NCBI RefSeq assembly: GCF_018350175.1
Contig: NC_058369.1
Span: 8,682,001 to 8,746,000, forward strand
Source of the DNA: Felis catus
Lineage: Eukaryota
Length of the DNA stretch: 64,000 nucleotides
Direction of reading: 5' to 3'
Shown: positions 48,678 to 61,806 of the stretch, in pieces
Numbering within the stretch: the stretch's first letter is position 1
Layout of the letters: each line of letters opens with the position of its first letter
The notes under the pieces: model-generated
Databases searched by the model: none
Told to the model about the DNA's origin: nothing
The model's input: only the letters and a program-made list of their open reading frames with translations
Position numbers and translations under genes: made by a program

Positions 48678-49584
48678 TGTCTTAGAGTGATTTGGTGTGT
48701 TACTGACCTTGTAGAGTCAGTTGAGAAATGTTCACTGTTCTATCTTTTGTAAGAGTTTGTGAAGAATTGGTATTAACTCTTTAAGTGTTTGGTAGAACTC
48801 AGCAATGAACCTGTCTGGGCCTGGGTTTTTGTTTTGCTTTTAACAAGTTTTATTTTTTAGGGTAGTTTTAGGTTCACAGCAAAACTGAACAGGAAGTACA
48901 AAGTTCTCATATGCCCCTGTCTCCATACTTACACAGCCTCCCCCAACATCAACATCCTGCACCCGAGTGGTACATTTGTCACCCTCAATGGACCTACACT
49001 GACACATTACTATCATCCCAAATCTATGGTTTACATTAGAGTTTACTTTTGTACGTGCTATGGGTTTTGACGAACGTGTTAACGACATTGTATCCACCAT
49101 TAAGGTATCATATAGATTAGTTCCAATGACCTGAGAATCCCCTGTGCTCTTCCTATTCACCCCTCTTTTCTCCCCACAACTGTTAACCACTGACCTTTTA
49201 CTGTCCCAAAGCTCTGCCTTTTTCAGAATGTCACGTAGTTGGCATCATACAGTATATAGTATTCAGACTGGTTTCTTTTACTTAGTGATATGCATTTAAG
49301 TTTCCTCCATGCTTTTTTTTTTTTTAACATTTATTCATTTTTGAGAGAGACAGACAGACAGACAGGACACAAGGAGGGGAGGGGGAGAGAGAGAGGGAGA
49401 CACAGAATCTGAAGCATCCGAAGCAGGCTCCAGGCTCTGAGCTGTCAGCACAGAGCCCGACGGGGGGCTCGAACTCGAGAGTCGTGAGATCATGACCTGA
49501 GCCAAAGTCGGAGGCTTAACTGACTGAGCCGCCCAGGTGCCCCCTCCTCTGTGCTTTTTAACGGCTTGATAGCTCAGTTGTTTT

Positions 49585-49860
49585 GTTTTTTTTTTTTAAT
49601 TTTTTTTTCAATTTTTTTTTTTTTTGGGACAGAGAGAGACAGAGCATGAACGGAGCATGAACGGGGAGCATGAACGGGGAGCATGAACGGGGAGCATGAA
49701 CGGGGGAGGGGCAGAGAGAGAGGGAGACACAGAATCGGAAACAGGCTCCAGGCTCCGAGCCATCAGCCCAGAGCCTGACGCGGGGCTCGAACTCACGGAC
49801 CGGGAGATCGTGACCTGGCTGAAGTCGGACGCTTAACCGACTGCGCCACCCAGGCGCCCC
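49585..49860 (-). mobile_element. Young CAN-SINE with an internal tandem expansion
   Basis: 17-bp TSD GATAGCTCAGTTGTTTT at 49568-49584 and 49861-49877. Confidence 0.93.
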
Positions 49861-50615
49861 GATAGCTCAGTTGTTTTAAACACTACATAATATTTCATTA
49901 TCTGGATGTAGGAGTGTGTTCACCCCCTCATCTACTGAAGGACATCTCAATTGCTCCCAACCTGTGGCAATTATAAATAAAGCCGTGATAAACATTCACG
50001 TGTAGGTTTTTGTGTAGACCTAAATTTTCAACTCACTTGGGTAAATCCATCTTTGGGTACTGGTTTGAGGGTCAGAAGACTACCTCTGCCACATGGGATC
50101 AGGATAAGACCAATTTACCATGTGAAGATCAAGGGAAAGTGAGTCTGTGAAGAGGTCTGTGTAAAATCCCAGTACAGAACAACTGAATACCCACGTGCAA
50201 AAGAAATAAGTTGACCCTTGGGGCGCCTGGGTGGCTTAGTCAGTTGAGCGTCCGACTTCGGCTCAGGTCATGATCTTGCCTTCTGTGGGTTCGAGCCCCG
50301 CGTTGGGCTCTGTGCTGACAGCTCAGAGCCTGGAGCCTGCTTCGGATTCTGTGTCTCCCTCTCTCTCTGCCCCTTCCCCCACTTGCAGTCTGCCTCTCCT
50401 CTCTCTCTCTCTCAAAAATAAACATAAAAAAAAAGATTAGAATTTCCATATGGCCTATCAATTTCACTCCCAGGCATATACCCCCGTGTAATAAAAACAC
50501 ATATCCAAACAAAAACTTGTACGTGAGTGTTTACAGCGATAGCACTCATAATATTCAAAAGGTAGGAACAAACCAAATGTCCATTAATGGATGAAATGCA
50601 AAGCACGCTCTAGCC

Positions 50616-51071
50616 TGTGAAAATTAATAAAACGATACCTCGTTTAAAATAGATTCAAGAGGCCAGCAGGGGGAGCTCTCGGGCCCGACCACTCCTGATC
50701 AATAGCAAACCCCAACCAGAACAGGTGTGCCTTGCCTGTTTCAACATCTTTAGCTACTTTACTACCCCAGCGGGAGGAAGGAAGTTTTTTCTCCTTCCCT
50801 GAGAATAGCCGATGAGAGACTGTCACAACTCGGCCAATGAAAAGCCACTATACTTTGAACTCTCAGTTTATTGCAATAGAATTTTTGTTTATAAAAGCCC
50901 TCCCACTCCCCACCCCCCTTTCTTCCAGAAAAGAGCCTTTCACTCCTTTGTTCGCCAGCCTCGCCTATAGTTTTGCTGTAGCCTGCTTGTTCCAGATTGC
51001 AATTCTGTTACTCTTGAATAATCCCATTTTTGCTGGTGAAATAACTGAAGGTTTTATTTTTAAGGTTAAGA
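50616..51071 (+). mobile_element. ERV-type solo LTR inserted in an old L1
   Basis: Begins with TG; CCAAT at 50834-50838, TATAAAA at 50890-50896; L1 3' sequence stops at about 50610 and resumes at 51072 (atccacacaatggaatatt). Confidence 0.65.
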
Positions 51072-51639
51072 ATCCACACAATGGAATATTGCTCAGCTGC
51101 AAACATAATGGAAGTGTCGACACATGCTACAACGTGTTGATTCTTTGGGATGCCTGGGTTAAACGTGGGGCTCAGGTCATGATCTCGGGGTTGGTGAAAT
51201 CGAGCCCCACGTGGGGCTCTGCCGCTGACAGCATGGACCCTGCTTGGGATTCTCTCGCATTCTCTCTGCCCCTCCCCCGCCCTCTCCCTCTCCCTCCCAA
51301 AGTAAATAAATATTTTTTAAATGGATATAAAAAAATGAGGCTAATGTAAATGAATGCAACTGAGAAAATGGCATGAACTGCAAAGATCACGTATGGGACT
51401 AACTTCATTCATAAGAAAGTCAATGAATATTAAAATCTGTAGAAATAGAAAGTAGTTGAGTGGTTGCCTAGGGCTGGGCGCTGGAGGAGGGAATGGTAAT
51501 AGCTTAAGGGTTAGAGGGTTTTCTTTTTGAAATGATGAAAATGTTCTAAAACTGGGATTATTGCACGTACTGTGAATACACGGTACCGAAAACCATCGCG
51601 TTGTACACCCACAAGGGGTCGGTCCATCTAGAAACTAGT

Positions 51640-52260
51640 CTTGAAATCCCCCGGCACACGTGTGTCCCACGGGGGCGCGGCTAAAGGCAAGTATCCTACG
51701 AGCAGCCAAGTATGGGCCCTAGAGCGGAAGCAGGTGCTGCTTGGCCACGTAACCTCCAGCTGCGCCGACTCTGTCCAATCAGGGCCGCGGCAGGGGCGGG
51801 TGGGTGTGGCGACGCTGGGCAGCCGCGTGCGCGCTCTTGGCCTTGCCGGCGATCGCTTCTCACCTGCGCTTAACGGCCCCGGGTGGCTCTGCAGCCGCGT
51901 GGATCGCGCAGGGACCTGCCCCGGCCGCGGGAGCCGTAGCGTCGACGCCCGGGGACCCGAGAAGCCGGGAGATGGTGAGTGTGCGGGGCCGGGTGTGCCA
52001 GGACGGGGCGGAGGGGCTGATCGGAACCGGCCGTGGCGGGAGCTTCCGAGTCTGCGGACCCGAGTGTCCGGTGGCGCCTCTCGGACCTCAGTCCCCTCGG
52101 GAGCGCGGCCGGGCTGGCAGGCGGGGCCCCGGCGTCCGGTCCCGTCACTGCGCGTGGCCGCGTCTCCCCAGGTCCGTTCGGTGGCCACGGGAGGGTCGTC
52201 AGGGGATAGTCGTGATTCCGTCCCCGGGATTCGTACGCGGGAGGAGGTATGGTCTGTGGG
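51640..52260 (+). promoter_or_regulatory. CpG-island promoter of a probable KRAB zinc-finger gene
   Basis: CpG island with CCAAT (51775-51779) followed by a GC box (51793-51800), the usual layout for this ZNF cluster. Confidence 0.8.
51972..51974 (+). CDS. Initiator ATG at the end of exon 1 of a probable KRAB-C2H2 zinc-finger gene (ZNF627-like position by synteny); remaining exons lie beyond the window
   Basis: ggacccgagaagccgggagATG|gtgagtgtgcgggg matches the recalled first-exon signature (GGAAGCCGGGAAATG|GTGAGT) of 19p13.2-type KRAB-ZNFs; no KRAB exon seen before 64000. Confidence 0.7.
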
Positions 52261-54836
52261 GTCCCCAGTCCCTCCTGTCTCCCCAGGACCATCCGTTTTC
52301 TCCTGAATGTTCCAGATGTTTGGGGAGCAGAGTCTCAAATCCAGGACCCTTTTCCCCAGCCTAGCTCTTCCTAGGGCTCAAAATAAATCCCTGACTTTCC
52401 AGATTCTACCCCGCCTCCCCAAAGGCCATCTTCCCCTCTCCAGTTCACAGCATTATCAACTTTTTGTCCTCCTTGGTGTTTTTCAAATTGAGGCAGTGTT
52501 TGTAATTGTTTCCCACAGTGTTTTAATCAGTTTCCCACAGTCAGTAGCTGCCTGTTCTTAAAAAGCTACCCGTTTTTAAAAGGTTTATTTTTGTTTGTGG
52601 ATATCTTACATGAGAGGAAGCAGAGATTTCATCACCTGGAGCTACGTTGTATGAAATCCTGTGCCCCTCCTCCCCAGGATCTTTCCTGGGCACAAACATT
52701 CAAAGGGAAGTCTTTCTGGTGGAGGTAACTCTTTGGAAACTTTTCTGGATGATCTGCCCTGTCCTCACTGCCCCTGCCTAGGCTTGTCACCTTGAAAAGA
52801 TTTATTTCAGTTTCTCAATAAATTTAAAAAGAATCAATAAATCTTGAAAGTGTAAAATATTTCCAAAGAGGCAAGAAAGAACTAAATTTCACAACTAAAA
52901 AATGAAATGACAGATTGCAGTGTTATTTACATTTGTTAAAAATTCTTGTATCCCCCCCCCCCTTTTTTTTTAAATTCCCCTGGGAGTGGTTAGTCATATT
53001 CTGAGGTCCTTTTCGTTTGGGTGATTTTTAAAATTATTATTATTTTAATGTTTCTTTTTGAGAGAGACAGAGACAGAACCCGAATCGGGGACAGACAGAG
53101 AGGGAGGGAGACCCAGAATCCGAAGCAGGCTCCAGACTCCGAGCTGACAGCACAGAGCCCAACGTGGGGCTCGAACCCACGAACCGTGAGATCATGACCT
53201 GGGCTGAAATCAAGAGTGGGCCACTTAACTGAACCTCCCAGCCTCCCTTGTTTGGGTGATTTTAAATGGAATATTGGGGCTTAGACTTGCAACCCTACAA
53301 GGGCTCACATGTGATTGTTTTTCAAGCAGTTTCTTGCCATGGAAATACCAATTAATTGACATCTTTATTTTCTGAAAGGAATAGATATTTGTGAGTTTTC
53401 TGGTTGAGCTAGAAAAGTGCCTTACAATTTTCTTCCTTACTTTTACATGGAAACACTTTTTTTTTTTTTAACAAATTTTTGCTTATTTCAAGAAAGGGGT
53501 TGCACCCATGGCAACATGAGCCTCGGAGGGGCTCAGTCTGAGCACGGGGCTCAGTCTCACTAACCACGACATCATGACCTGAACCGAAATCAAGAGTGGG
53601 AAGCTTCACCGGCTGGGTGGCGATCCTGGAAACACTGGGTTTGAGTCATTTTACTGGATTCTTCAAACACCAGGGTTTTCACTTTTAAAATATCAGACGT
53701 AGGGGGCACCTGGGTGGCTCGGTCGGTTAAGCCTCTGACTCTTGACTTTGGCCCCGGGTCATGATCTCACAGGTCAGGGCTTTGAGCCCCGCATCGGGCT
53801 CTGCGCTGACCGTGCGGAGCCTACTTGGGATTCTTGCTCCCTCTCTCTCTCGAAATAAATAAATAAACTTAAAAAAAAAATTACCAACAGTGGTCCAAAG
53901 CATCTTGACTGGGGGCAGAGGCCGAGGTTAGTGTCTCTAAGCTAAGCACCCCCTCCCCATGAGATGGGGAAAAGAAGTACCACTTGGTTCTTCCTGGGAT
54001 GGCGCCCCCCCACCCCCGTTGATGTCCTACCTGCCCACCTCTGTATGAGGAACCCTTTCTACCAAGGGAAGCGAGCTACAGACCCCTGGAAAGCTGGGGG
54101 CGCGCGTACCACGGTGGATGGGGTGATGAGTCGGTGATGGCTTTCTGCGGTTGTAACCGTGGTTCCTACAGACCTGTTTCTAGACCTGTAGTGTGGGTGC
54201 ACTCAGAGTGTAGACTGTGTACATTGAGAAAGTCTGCGGAGGTCAGGAGTCCTGTCTTCTGACAAAGGGTGTGTGACTACGGGAGTTCTTTGGCTCAGAA
54301 TCTCAAATTGAATCCTGCCGAGAGCTTCCGCACCTGGGAGAACGGACTCTGGAGGGAGGGAGCATTCCATTAGGCCCTGGGGAGGGGGTTGCGGGGAAGG
54401 TCATTCCTGTGGTTGCTCAGGTGTCCCTCCCCGCCCTCCCCAGGGACTAACCCCCTCCGGGGCTTCTGCCTCCACCTGGAGAGTCTGGGTCCAAAGCTTG
54501 GGAAGGTGCTCAGCCTTCAGAAGACGGCTTTTCCTTTTCAATTATAGGGAAGCAGGCCGCTCGTCTCCGCCAATTGAAATAACTTGCATTTTCTGTTGAA
54601 CATGGGGGCCCCAGTGGAACTCTGATTTTCCTCAACATTTTGTCATTTTATTTCCTATGTGTAAGATTTTTGATCTGGGGGCATTTGAAAATGTAAGTTG
54701 ATTGAGAGCTACGGTGTGAGTTAGGCAAGAATATTCTGGAGCCAGAGTATTTGTTCCGTTTAGGAGAGAGAGCCTCCAGAGGTGAGATGCGTGAATTTAA
54801 GTTCTCAGATGCATTTTCAATTACAAAGAAATTTAA

Positions 54837-55131
54837 GGGGCACCTGGGTGGCTCAGTTGGTTAAGCATCTGACTCTTGATTTCGGCTCAGGTCATGATCT
54901 CACAGTTTGAGAGTTTGAGCCTTGAGTCGGGCTCTGTGCTGACAGTGCTGAGCCTGCTTGGGATTCTCTCTCTCTCCCTCTCTCTGCCCCTCCCTTGCTC
55001 ATGTGCTGGCCCACGCTCTCTCTCTTTCTCAAAATAAATGTGCGGAACCCGATGCAGGGCTCGAACCACGCAATCGTGACCTGAGCTGAGACCAAGAGTC
55101 TGACACTTAACCCACTGAGCCACCCAGGCAC
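54837..55131. mobile_element. Inverted CAN-SINE pair in ZNF intron 1
   Basis: Full + copy at 54837-55039 directly followed by a partial - copy at 55040-55131. Confidence 0.85.
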
Positions 55132-55359
55132 CACCCCCCGCCCCCCCCCCCCCCCCCCCGCCCACCAGTCACTCTTTATTTTAAATCATGCATGTGAATG
55201 TTAAGAAAAAATGTAAGGTAAGAAAGTCAAACTTAAGAAGACTCCTTGCTGGCATATCCTTTTCCTCTCCAATGTCCTTGCTCCTGCACCCCCAGTGCCA
55301 CCTGCCCCAAGGTGACCATTCCTTGAACCTTCTGTTACTGTTAATTTTCTTCTTTTCTT

Positions 55360-58300
55360 TAAACTGAAGCGCAGTCGACATACAATAGCATTAGTTTCAT
55401 AGCAGTTTGATATTTGTATACGTTACGAAACAGTCACAGTACGTCTAGTTACCATCTGTCACCGTACACGGTTACTACGATTTTATTACATTCCTTGTGC
55501 TGTATATTACATTCCTGTGACTTATTTATTTTACAACTGGAAGTTTGTACCTCTTAATCCCCTTCCCCTGTTTCACCCATCCTTCCCAGTGTCGAATCTC
55601 TGGTATCCAAAGATCTTTTTGTGATCTCCTAGTTTTGTCTTTTCCAAAATGTCCTACTCTCGGAACCCTACCATACGTACGTAGCCTTGTCAAATTGGCT
55701 TCTTCACTTAGCAATATGGTTTCAAGGTTTTTCTTGCCTTTTCCTGGCTTCATACCTCATTGCTTCTTATCACTGAATAATATTCCATTATATGGATGTT
55801 TTGGCCGCTAATTGTTTAGCCATTTGCTTATTGAAGGATACCGTAGTTACCTCTGAGCCTGGGCAAAGGCAAAGCCCCTGTGAACGTTCGTGTGCAGGCT
55901 TCTGTGAGAACCTAAGTTTTTAGCTTCTTCGGGTAAATACCAAGGAGTGTGATTACTGGAGTGTATATTCGGGGTCTATTTAGTTTTGAAAGAGACTGCC
56001 TGTCTTCCATTGTACGCATACCGTTTTCCATTCTTGGCATTCTCCCAGTCTGTGACTGTCATTTCCTTTTTTTTTTTAGCACTGCCTTTCACAGAGCAGT
56101 TTTTAATTTCAGTGAAGGTAGACTTACCATTTTTCTCCCTTATGGAGCCTTTCATGTTGCAAATGAAAATTCATCGCCAAACCCCAGGTCATTGAGGTTT
56201 TCTCCTAGGTTATCCTTTTGGCCTTTCATCGTTTTGTATTTCATGTTTAGATCTCTTGTCCATTTTGAATTCGTTTTTGTGAAAGATGTAAGGCCTAGGC
56301 CTAGATTTCTTTTGCATGTAGTTATCCAGTGTTCCAGTACCATTTGCTGAAAAGACTATGTTTTCTCTGTTGAATTGCCATCGGTTCCTGCGCCAAAGAT
56401 CGGTAGACTCCATTTGTCTGGGTCTATAGGAAAGCAATTGACATTTGTGTATTAACCTTCTACCCTTCAAACTTGGTATGTGTGTGTTTTTATTGGTTCC
56501 AGGAATTTTTTTTGTTATGGTGGATTGATAATTTTTTGCATACATGATATATACAACAAAAAGTTTTATATCTTCCTTCTCAATCTGTATACCTTTTATT
56601 TCCTTTTCTTGTCATATTGCATTAGTTAGGATTTCCAGTACAATGTTGGCTAGAAGTGGTGAAAGGATATTTTTGTTCCTGATCTTCTTGGGGGGCGGGC
56701 ATCGGGTTTCTTGCCATTAAATATGATGTTAGCTGCAGGTTTATTGTAGATGCTCTTTTTCAAGAAGAGAAAGTTCCCCTCCGTTCCTAGTTTGTCGTCA
56801 TAGGTGGATGTTGGATTTTGTTAAATGCTCTTTTATTTTCCTTGCTTTCATTCCTTTTTCTTTTCTTTTCTTTTTGAAGTGGGGGGGGGGCTCAGGCGAG
56901 GGAGGGGCAGAGAGAGAGAGAGGGAAGGACAGAATCCCCAGCAGGCTCTGTGCTCAGCATGGAGCCCAACATGGGGCTCGATCTCACAACTGTGAGATCA
57001 TGACCTGAGCTGAAATCAAAAGTCAGATGCTCAACGGATTGAGCCACCCAAGTGCCCCATCCCTGCTTTCATTCTTGAAATTAATTTGTCTTTCCTCTTT
57101 TATTGCCTTTTTGAAAGAACCAGCTTTTCATTTTCTTGATTATTCTTTATTGTCCACAATTTTATCTTCTTCTGGGGTTAATTTGTTTTTTTAGTTTTCT
57201 AAAGTAGAGGCTTAGATTGTTGCTTCTGGCTGTTCCTTTTTAGTGTATGCATTCAATGCTAAACATTGCCTTGTGGATACTGATTTGCTGCATCACTCAA
57301 ATTTTGGTGTTTTATTTTCATTTTCCTTTAATATAATTTTTAATTGTTCTTGAGACTTCTTTTATCCATGTGTAGTATATCGTTTATTCTCCAAGTACGG
57401 GCTGGGGGTGGTTTCAAAGTACCTATTACTTGTTTCTAGATTAATCCTGGACTCAGGCGATACTTTATCTGATTTCTAGCCTTTCAGAAATTTTAAGGTG
57501 TGTCTTGTGTCCCAGACTGTGACCTGTGTTGGTAAGTATTCCATGCGAGCTTGGAGAATGTTTATTTTGCTGTTGTTGGGTGAAGAATTAAATACAGTTC
57601 AGTCAAATCCAGTTGACTGATGGTGGTGTTTAGTTCAACTCTGCCCGTCCTGAGCTTCTGCCTGCTGGAACTCCTACTTACTGATAGAAGGCTGCTGAAC
57701 TCTCCAGTGGATTCATTTACTTCTCTTTGCAATTCTGCCAATTTTTGCCTAACATGTTTTGCCCCTCTGTTGTTATGCATGTACATACAGAGGGTTGCTG
57801 TGTCTTTTTTTTTTTTTTTTTAAGAGAGAGCGTGTGGGCACACAAGTGGAAGAGAGGGGCAGAGGGGGAGAGAGAATCTTTAAGCAGGCTCCATGCTTGG
57901 AGCTGAGCCCAACACCCCCAGGATCCCACAACGCTGGGATCATGACCTGAGCCAAAATCAAGAGCCGGACGGTCAACTGACCGAGCCACCCAAGTGCTCT
58001 AACTGTGGGTTGTTTGTATAGGGCCTTTATTATGTTGAGACAGGTTCCCTCTAAACCTCCTTTGTTGAGGGTTTTTTTTTTTTTATCATGAATGGTTGTT
58101 GTACTTTGTCAAATGGTTTTTATGCATCTGTTGAAATGATCATATGGTTCTTATCCTTTCTTTTATTTTAATTTTTTTAAAAATTATTTTTTGAGAGAGA
58201 GCATGAGCAGGGGAGAGGCAGAGAGAAAGGGACTGAGAGAATCCCAAGCAGGCACCACACTTTCAGTGCAGAGTCCAACGAGGGGCTTGATCCCATGAAG

Positions 58301-60660
58301 TCTGAGATCGTGACCTGAGCCAAAACAAGAATTGGATGTTTAACTGAGACACCCGGGCACCCCTCTTTTCTTTTTAGAAAGTGTTTGTTTATTTATTTTG
58401 AGAGAGAGAGGGGAGGAAGGGCAGAGAGGGAGGGAGAGAGAATCCCAAGCAGCAGCCACACTGTCAGCCCAGAGCCTGATGTGGGGCTTGATCCCACAAA
58501 CTGTGAGATCATGACCTGAGCTGAAATCAAGAGTCAGATGCTTAACCGACTGAGCCACCCAGTCACCCTTCTTTCCTTTCTTTTATTAATGTGGTGTATC
58601 ATGTTGATTGATTTGCAAATATTGAACCACCTTGCAACCCAGGAGTAAATCCCACTTGATCATGTTGAATGATTCTTTTTATAATTATTTTTTTAAATCA
58701 CTAATCTCTATACCTAACCCAGGGCTTGTGCTTACAACCCTGAGGTCAAGAGTCACATGCTCTACCAACTGAGCCAGCTGGGTGCCCCATGAATGATTCT
58801 TTTATTATTGTTGGATTTTTGTTTGCCACTATTTCATTGAGAATTTGTGCATCCATGTTCATCAGGGATGTTCACCTGTAGTTCTCTTTTTTAGTGGAGC
58901 CTTTATCTGATTTTGGTATCAGGGTAATGTTGGCCTCACAGAATGAATTTGGAAGTTTTTCTTCCTTTTCTATTTTTTTGGAATAGCTTGAGAAGAATAG
59001 GTATTAACTCTTCTTTAAATGTTTGGTAGAATTTGCCTGCGAAGCCATCTGGCACTGGACTTCTATTGGGAGTTTTGTGATTACTGATTCAATTTCTTTG
59101 CTAGTTATTGGTCTGTTCAAGTTTTCTAGTTTGCCATGTTTCAGTTTAGGTAGTTTCCATGTTTCTAGGAATTTATCCGTTTCTTCCAGGTTGTCCAATT
59201 TGCTGGCATATAATTTTTTATGGTCTCTTATAATTGCATGTCTGTGGTGTTGGTTGTTTGGTTGTCATTTCTCTTCTCTCGTTTGTGGTTTTATTTATTT
59301 GTGTCCTTTCTCTTTTCTTTTTTATTAAATTTTTTTAAACGTTTATTTTTGATACAGAGAGAGACAGAGCATGAACAGGGGAGGGACAGAGAGAGAGAGA
59401 GGGAGACACAGAATCGGAAGCAGGCTTCAGGCTCTGAGCCATCAGCCCAGAGCCTGACGCGGGGCTCGAACTCACGGACCGCGAGATCGTGACCTGAGCT
59501 GAAGTCAGACGCTTAACTGACTGAGCCACCCAGGCGCCCCTCTCTTTTCTTTTTGATAAGTCTGGCTAGAGGTTTATTAATTCTATTGATTTTTTTTCAA
59601 AGAACCAGCCTTTGGTTTCATGGATGTGTTCTATTGTTTTTTTGTTTTTGTTTTGTTTTGTTTTTAGTTTCCGTATCCTTTATTTCTGCTCTAGCTTTTA
59701 TTATTTCCTTCCTTCTGCTGGCATTAGGCTTCATTTGTTCTTTTTCTAGCTCTTTTGGTGTAAAGTTAGGTTATTTGAGATTTTTCTTGCTTCTTAAGGT
59801 AGGCCTGTATTGCTATATATTTCCCTCTTAGGACTGCTTTTGCTGCATCCCAAAGGTTTTGGAACCTTGTATTTTCGTGTATTTTTTTTTTTCTTCTTTG
59901 ATTTCCTGGTTGACCCATTCGTTGTTTAGTAGCGTGTTGTTTAACCTCCATGTATTTGTGCTCTTTCCAGATTTTATCTTGTGGTTGATTTCTAGTTTCA
60001 TAGCATGGTCAGAAAAGGTGTGTGGTATGATTTCAGTCTTCTTGTATTTGTTGAGGCCTGATTTGTCACCTAATAATGTGATGTGTTCTGGAGAATGTCC
60101 CATGTGCACTTGAGGAGAATGTGTATTCTGCTGTTTTAGGATGGAACGTTCTCAATATGTCTGCTAAGACCATCTGGTCCAGTGTGTCATTCAAAGCCAT
60201 TGTTACCTTGTTTACTTTCTGTTTAGGTAATCAGTCCATTGATATAAGTGGGGTGTTAAAGTCCCCTAGTATTTTTATAATCAGTTGGTTCCTTTCTGTT
60301 ATTGTTTCATATATTTGGGTGCTTTCATGTTGGGTGCATTGATATTTACAGTTGCTGTATCTTCTTGTTGGATTGTCCCCTCTATTATGATACGATGCCC
60401 TTCTTTGTCTCTAGTTACAGTCTTTGTATTAAAGTCTAGTTTGTTTGGGGCTCCTAGGTGGCTCAGTTGGCTAAGCGTCTGACTCTTGATTTTGGCTCAA
60501 GTCAGGATCTTACAGTTGTGAGATTGAGCCCTGCATCGGGCATGGAGCCTGCTTAAGATTCTTTCTCTCTCTCTACACCCCACCCCCCCAAAAAGTCTAG
60601 TTTGTTTGATATAAGTATTGCTTTTCCAGCTTGCCTTTGACACCCATTTACACGTAGCAA
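55360..60660 (-). mobile_element. Degraded antisense L1 fragments (ORF2) with nested SINEs
   Basis: ORF2-like peptides DNLEETDKFLETWKLPKL...[44 protein letters not shown] and [22 protein letters not shown]; frameshifted. Confidence 0.85.
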
Positions 60661-61806
60661 TAAATTCAGCGTGAACCAACTTTAGGCTCCTTCCACCGTT
60701 ATCCTCCATATTTGATATCCATGCCCACACATATACTCTAGATTTGTTTCTCTGTAAGTTAGAAAAAACAACTAGTTCTTTTGATGTACTGTGCACCTCT
60801 TCATGGGTCATACTTTGCGCCTTGCCTCAGGGGCCTGTTATCTCTAAATATAATCGTATTAGCCAATTCCAGAGACTCCAGAATCAGTTGAGAAAACGCA
60901 TCTTTGAGATTTTATTCCTTCGTTTAATTTTATTTTAACGTTTTATTTATTTTTAAGAGAGACGGAGACAGAGTGCGAGCTGGGGAGGGGCAGAGAGAGA
61001 GGGAGACACAGAATCCGAAGTAGGCTCCAGGCTCCGAGCTGTCAGCACAGAGCCTGATGCGGGGCTCGAACTCACAAACCATGAGATCATGACCTGAGCC
61101 GAAGTCGGATGCTTAACTGACAGAGCCACCCAGGTGCCCTGGTTTAATTTTATTTCAGAGAGAGAGAGAGAGAGGGAGCGCATGTGAGTAGGGGAGAGGG
61201 GGTAGAGGGAGAGACAGAATCTTTTACAATTTTGTTAATGTTTATTCATTTTTGAGAGACAGAGTGTGAGTTGGGGAGGAGCAGAGAGAGGGGGAGACAC
61301 AGAATCCGAAGCAGGCTCCAGGCTCTGAGCCATCAGCACAGAGCCCGACGTAGGGCTTGAACTCACCCCGAAATCATGACCTGAGCCGAAGTTGGATGCT
61401 CAACGACTGAGCCACCCAGGCACCCTGGGAGAGATAGAATCTTAAGCAGGCTCCACACTCAGTATGGAGCCTGATGTAGGGCTTGATCTCATAACCCAGG
61501 GCCATAACCTGAACCAAAATCAATAATCAGACCCTCAACTGACTGAGCCACCCAGGTGTCCTAAGATTTTATTCCTTTAAAAACACTCTTGGTACCAGTA
61601 TGTTCTTTTTTTTTGTTTAATGTTGATTTATTTATTTTGAGAGAATGAAAGAGTGAGCAGGGGAGGGGCAGAGAGAGAGAGAAACCCAAGCAGGCTCTGC
61701 TTTCTCAATGCAGAGCCCAACACAGGGCTCGACCTCACAACTGATCATGGCCCGAGCCAAAATCAAGAGTCAGATGTTTAACTGACTGAGCCAGCCAGGC
61801 GCCCCT

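Noticed and set aside
51628..52364. Long overlapping ORFs (236, 221, 186 aa) at the ZNF promoter
   Set aside because: Typical stop-poor CpG-island frames; the ATG|GT first exon explains the region better
53910..54130. Second ZNF-like first exon (gacccctggaaagctggg)
   Set aside because: No adjacent ATG|GT donor or CpG island; the surrounding sequence looks more like an LTR fragment
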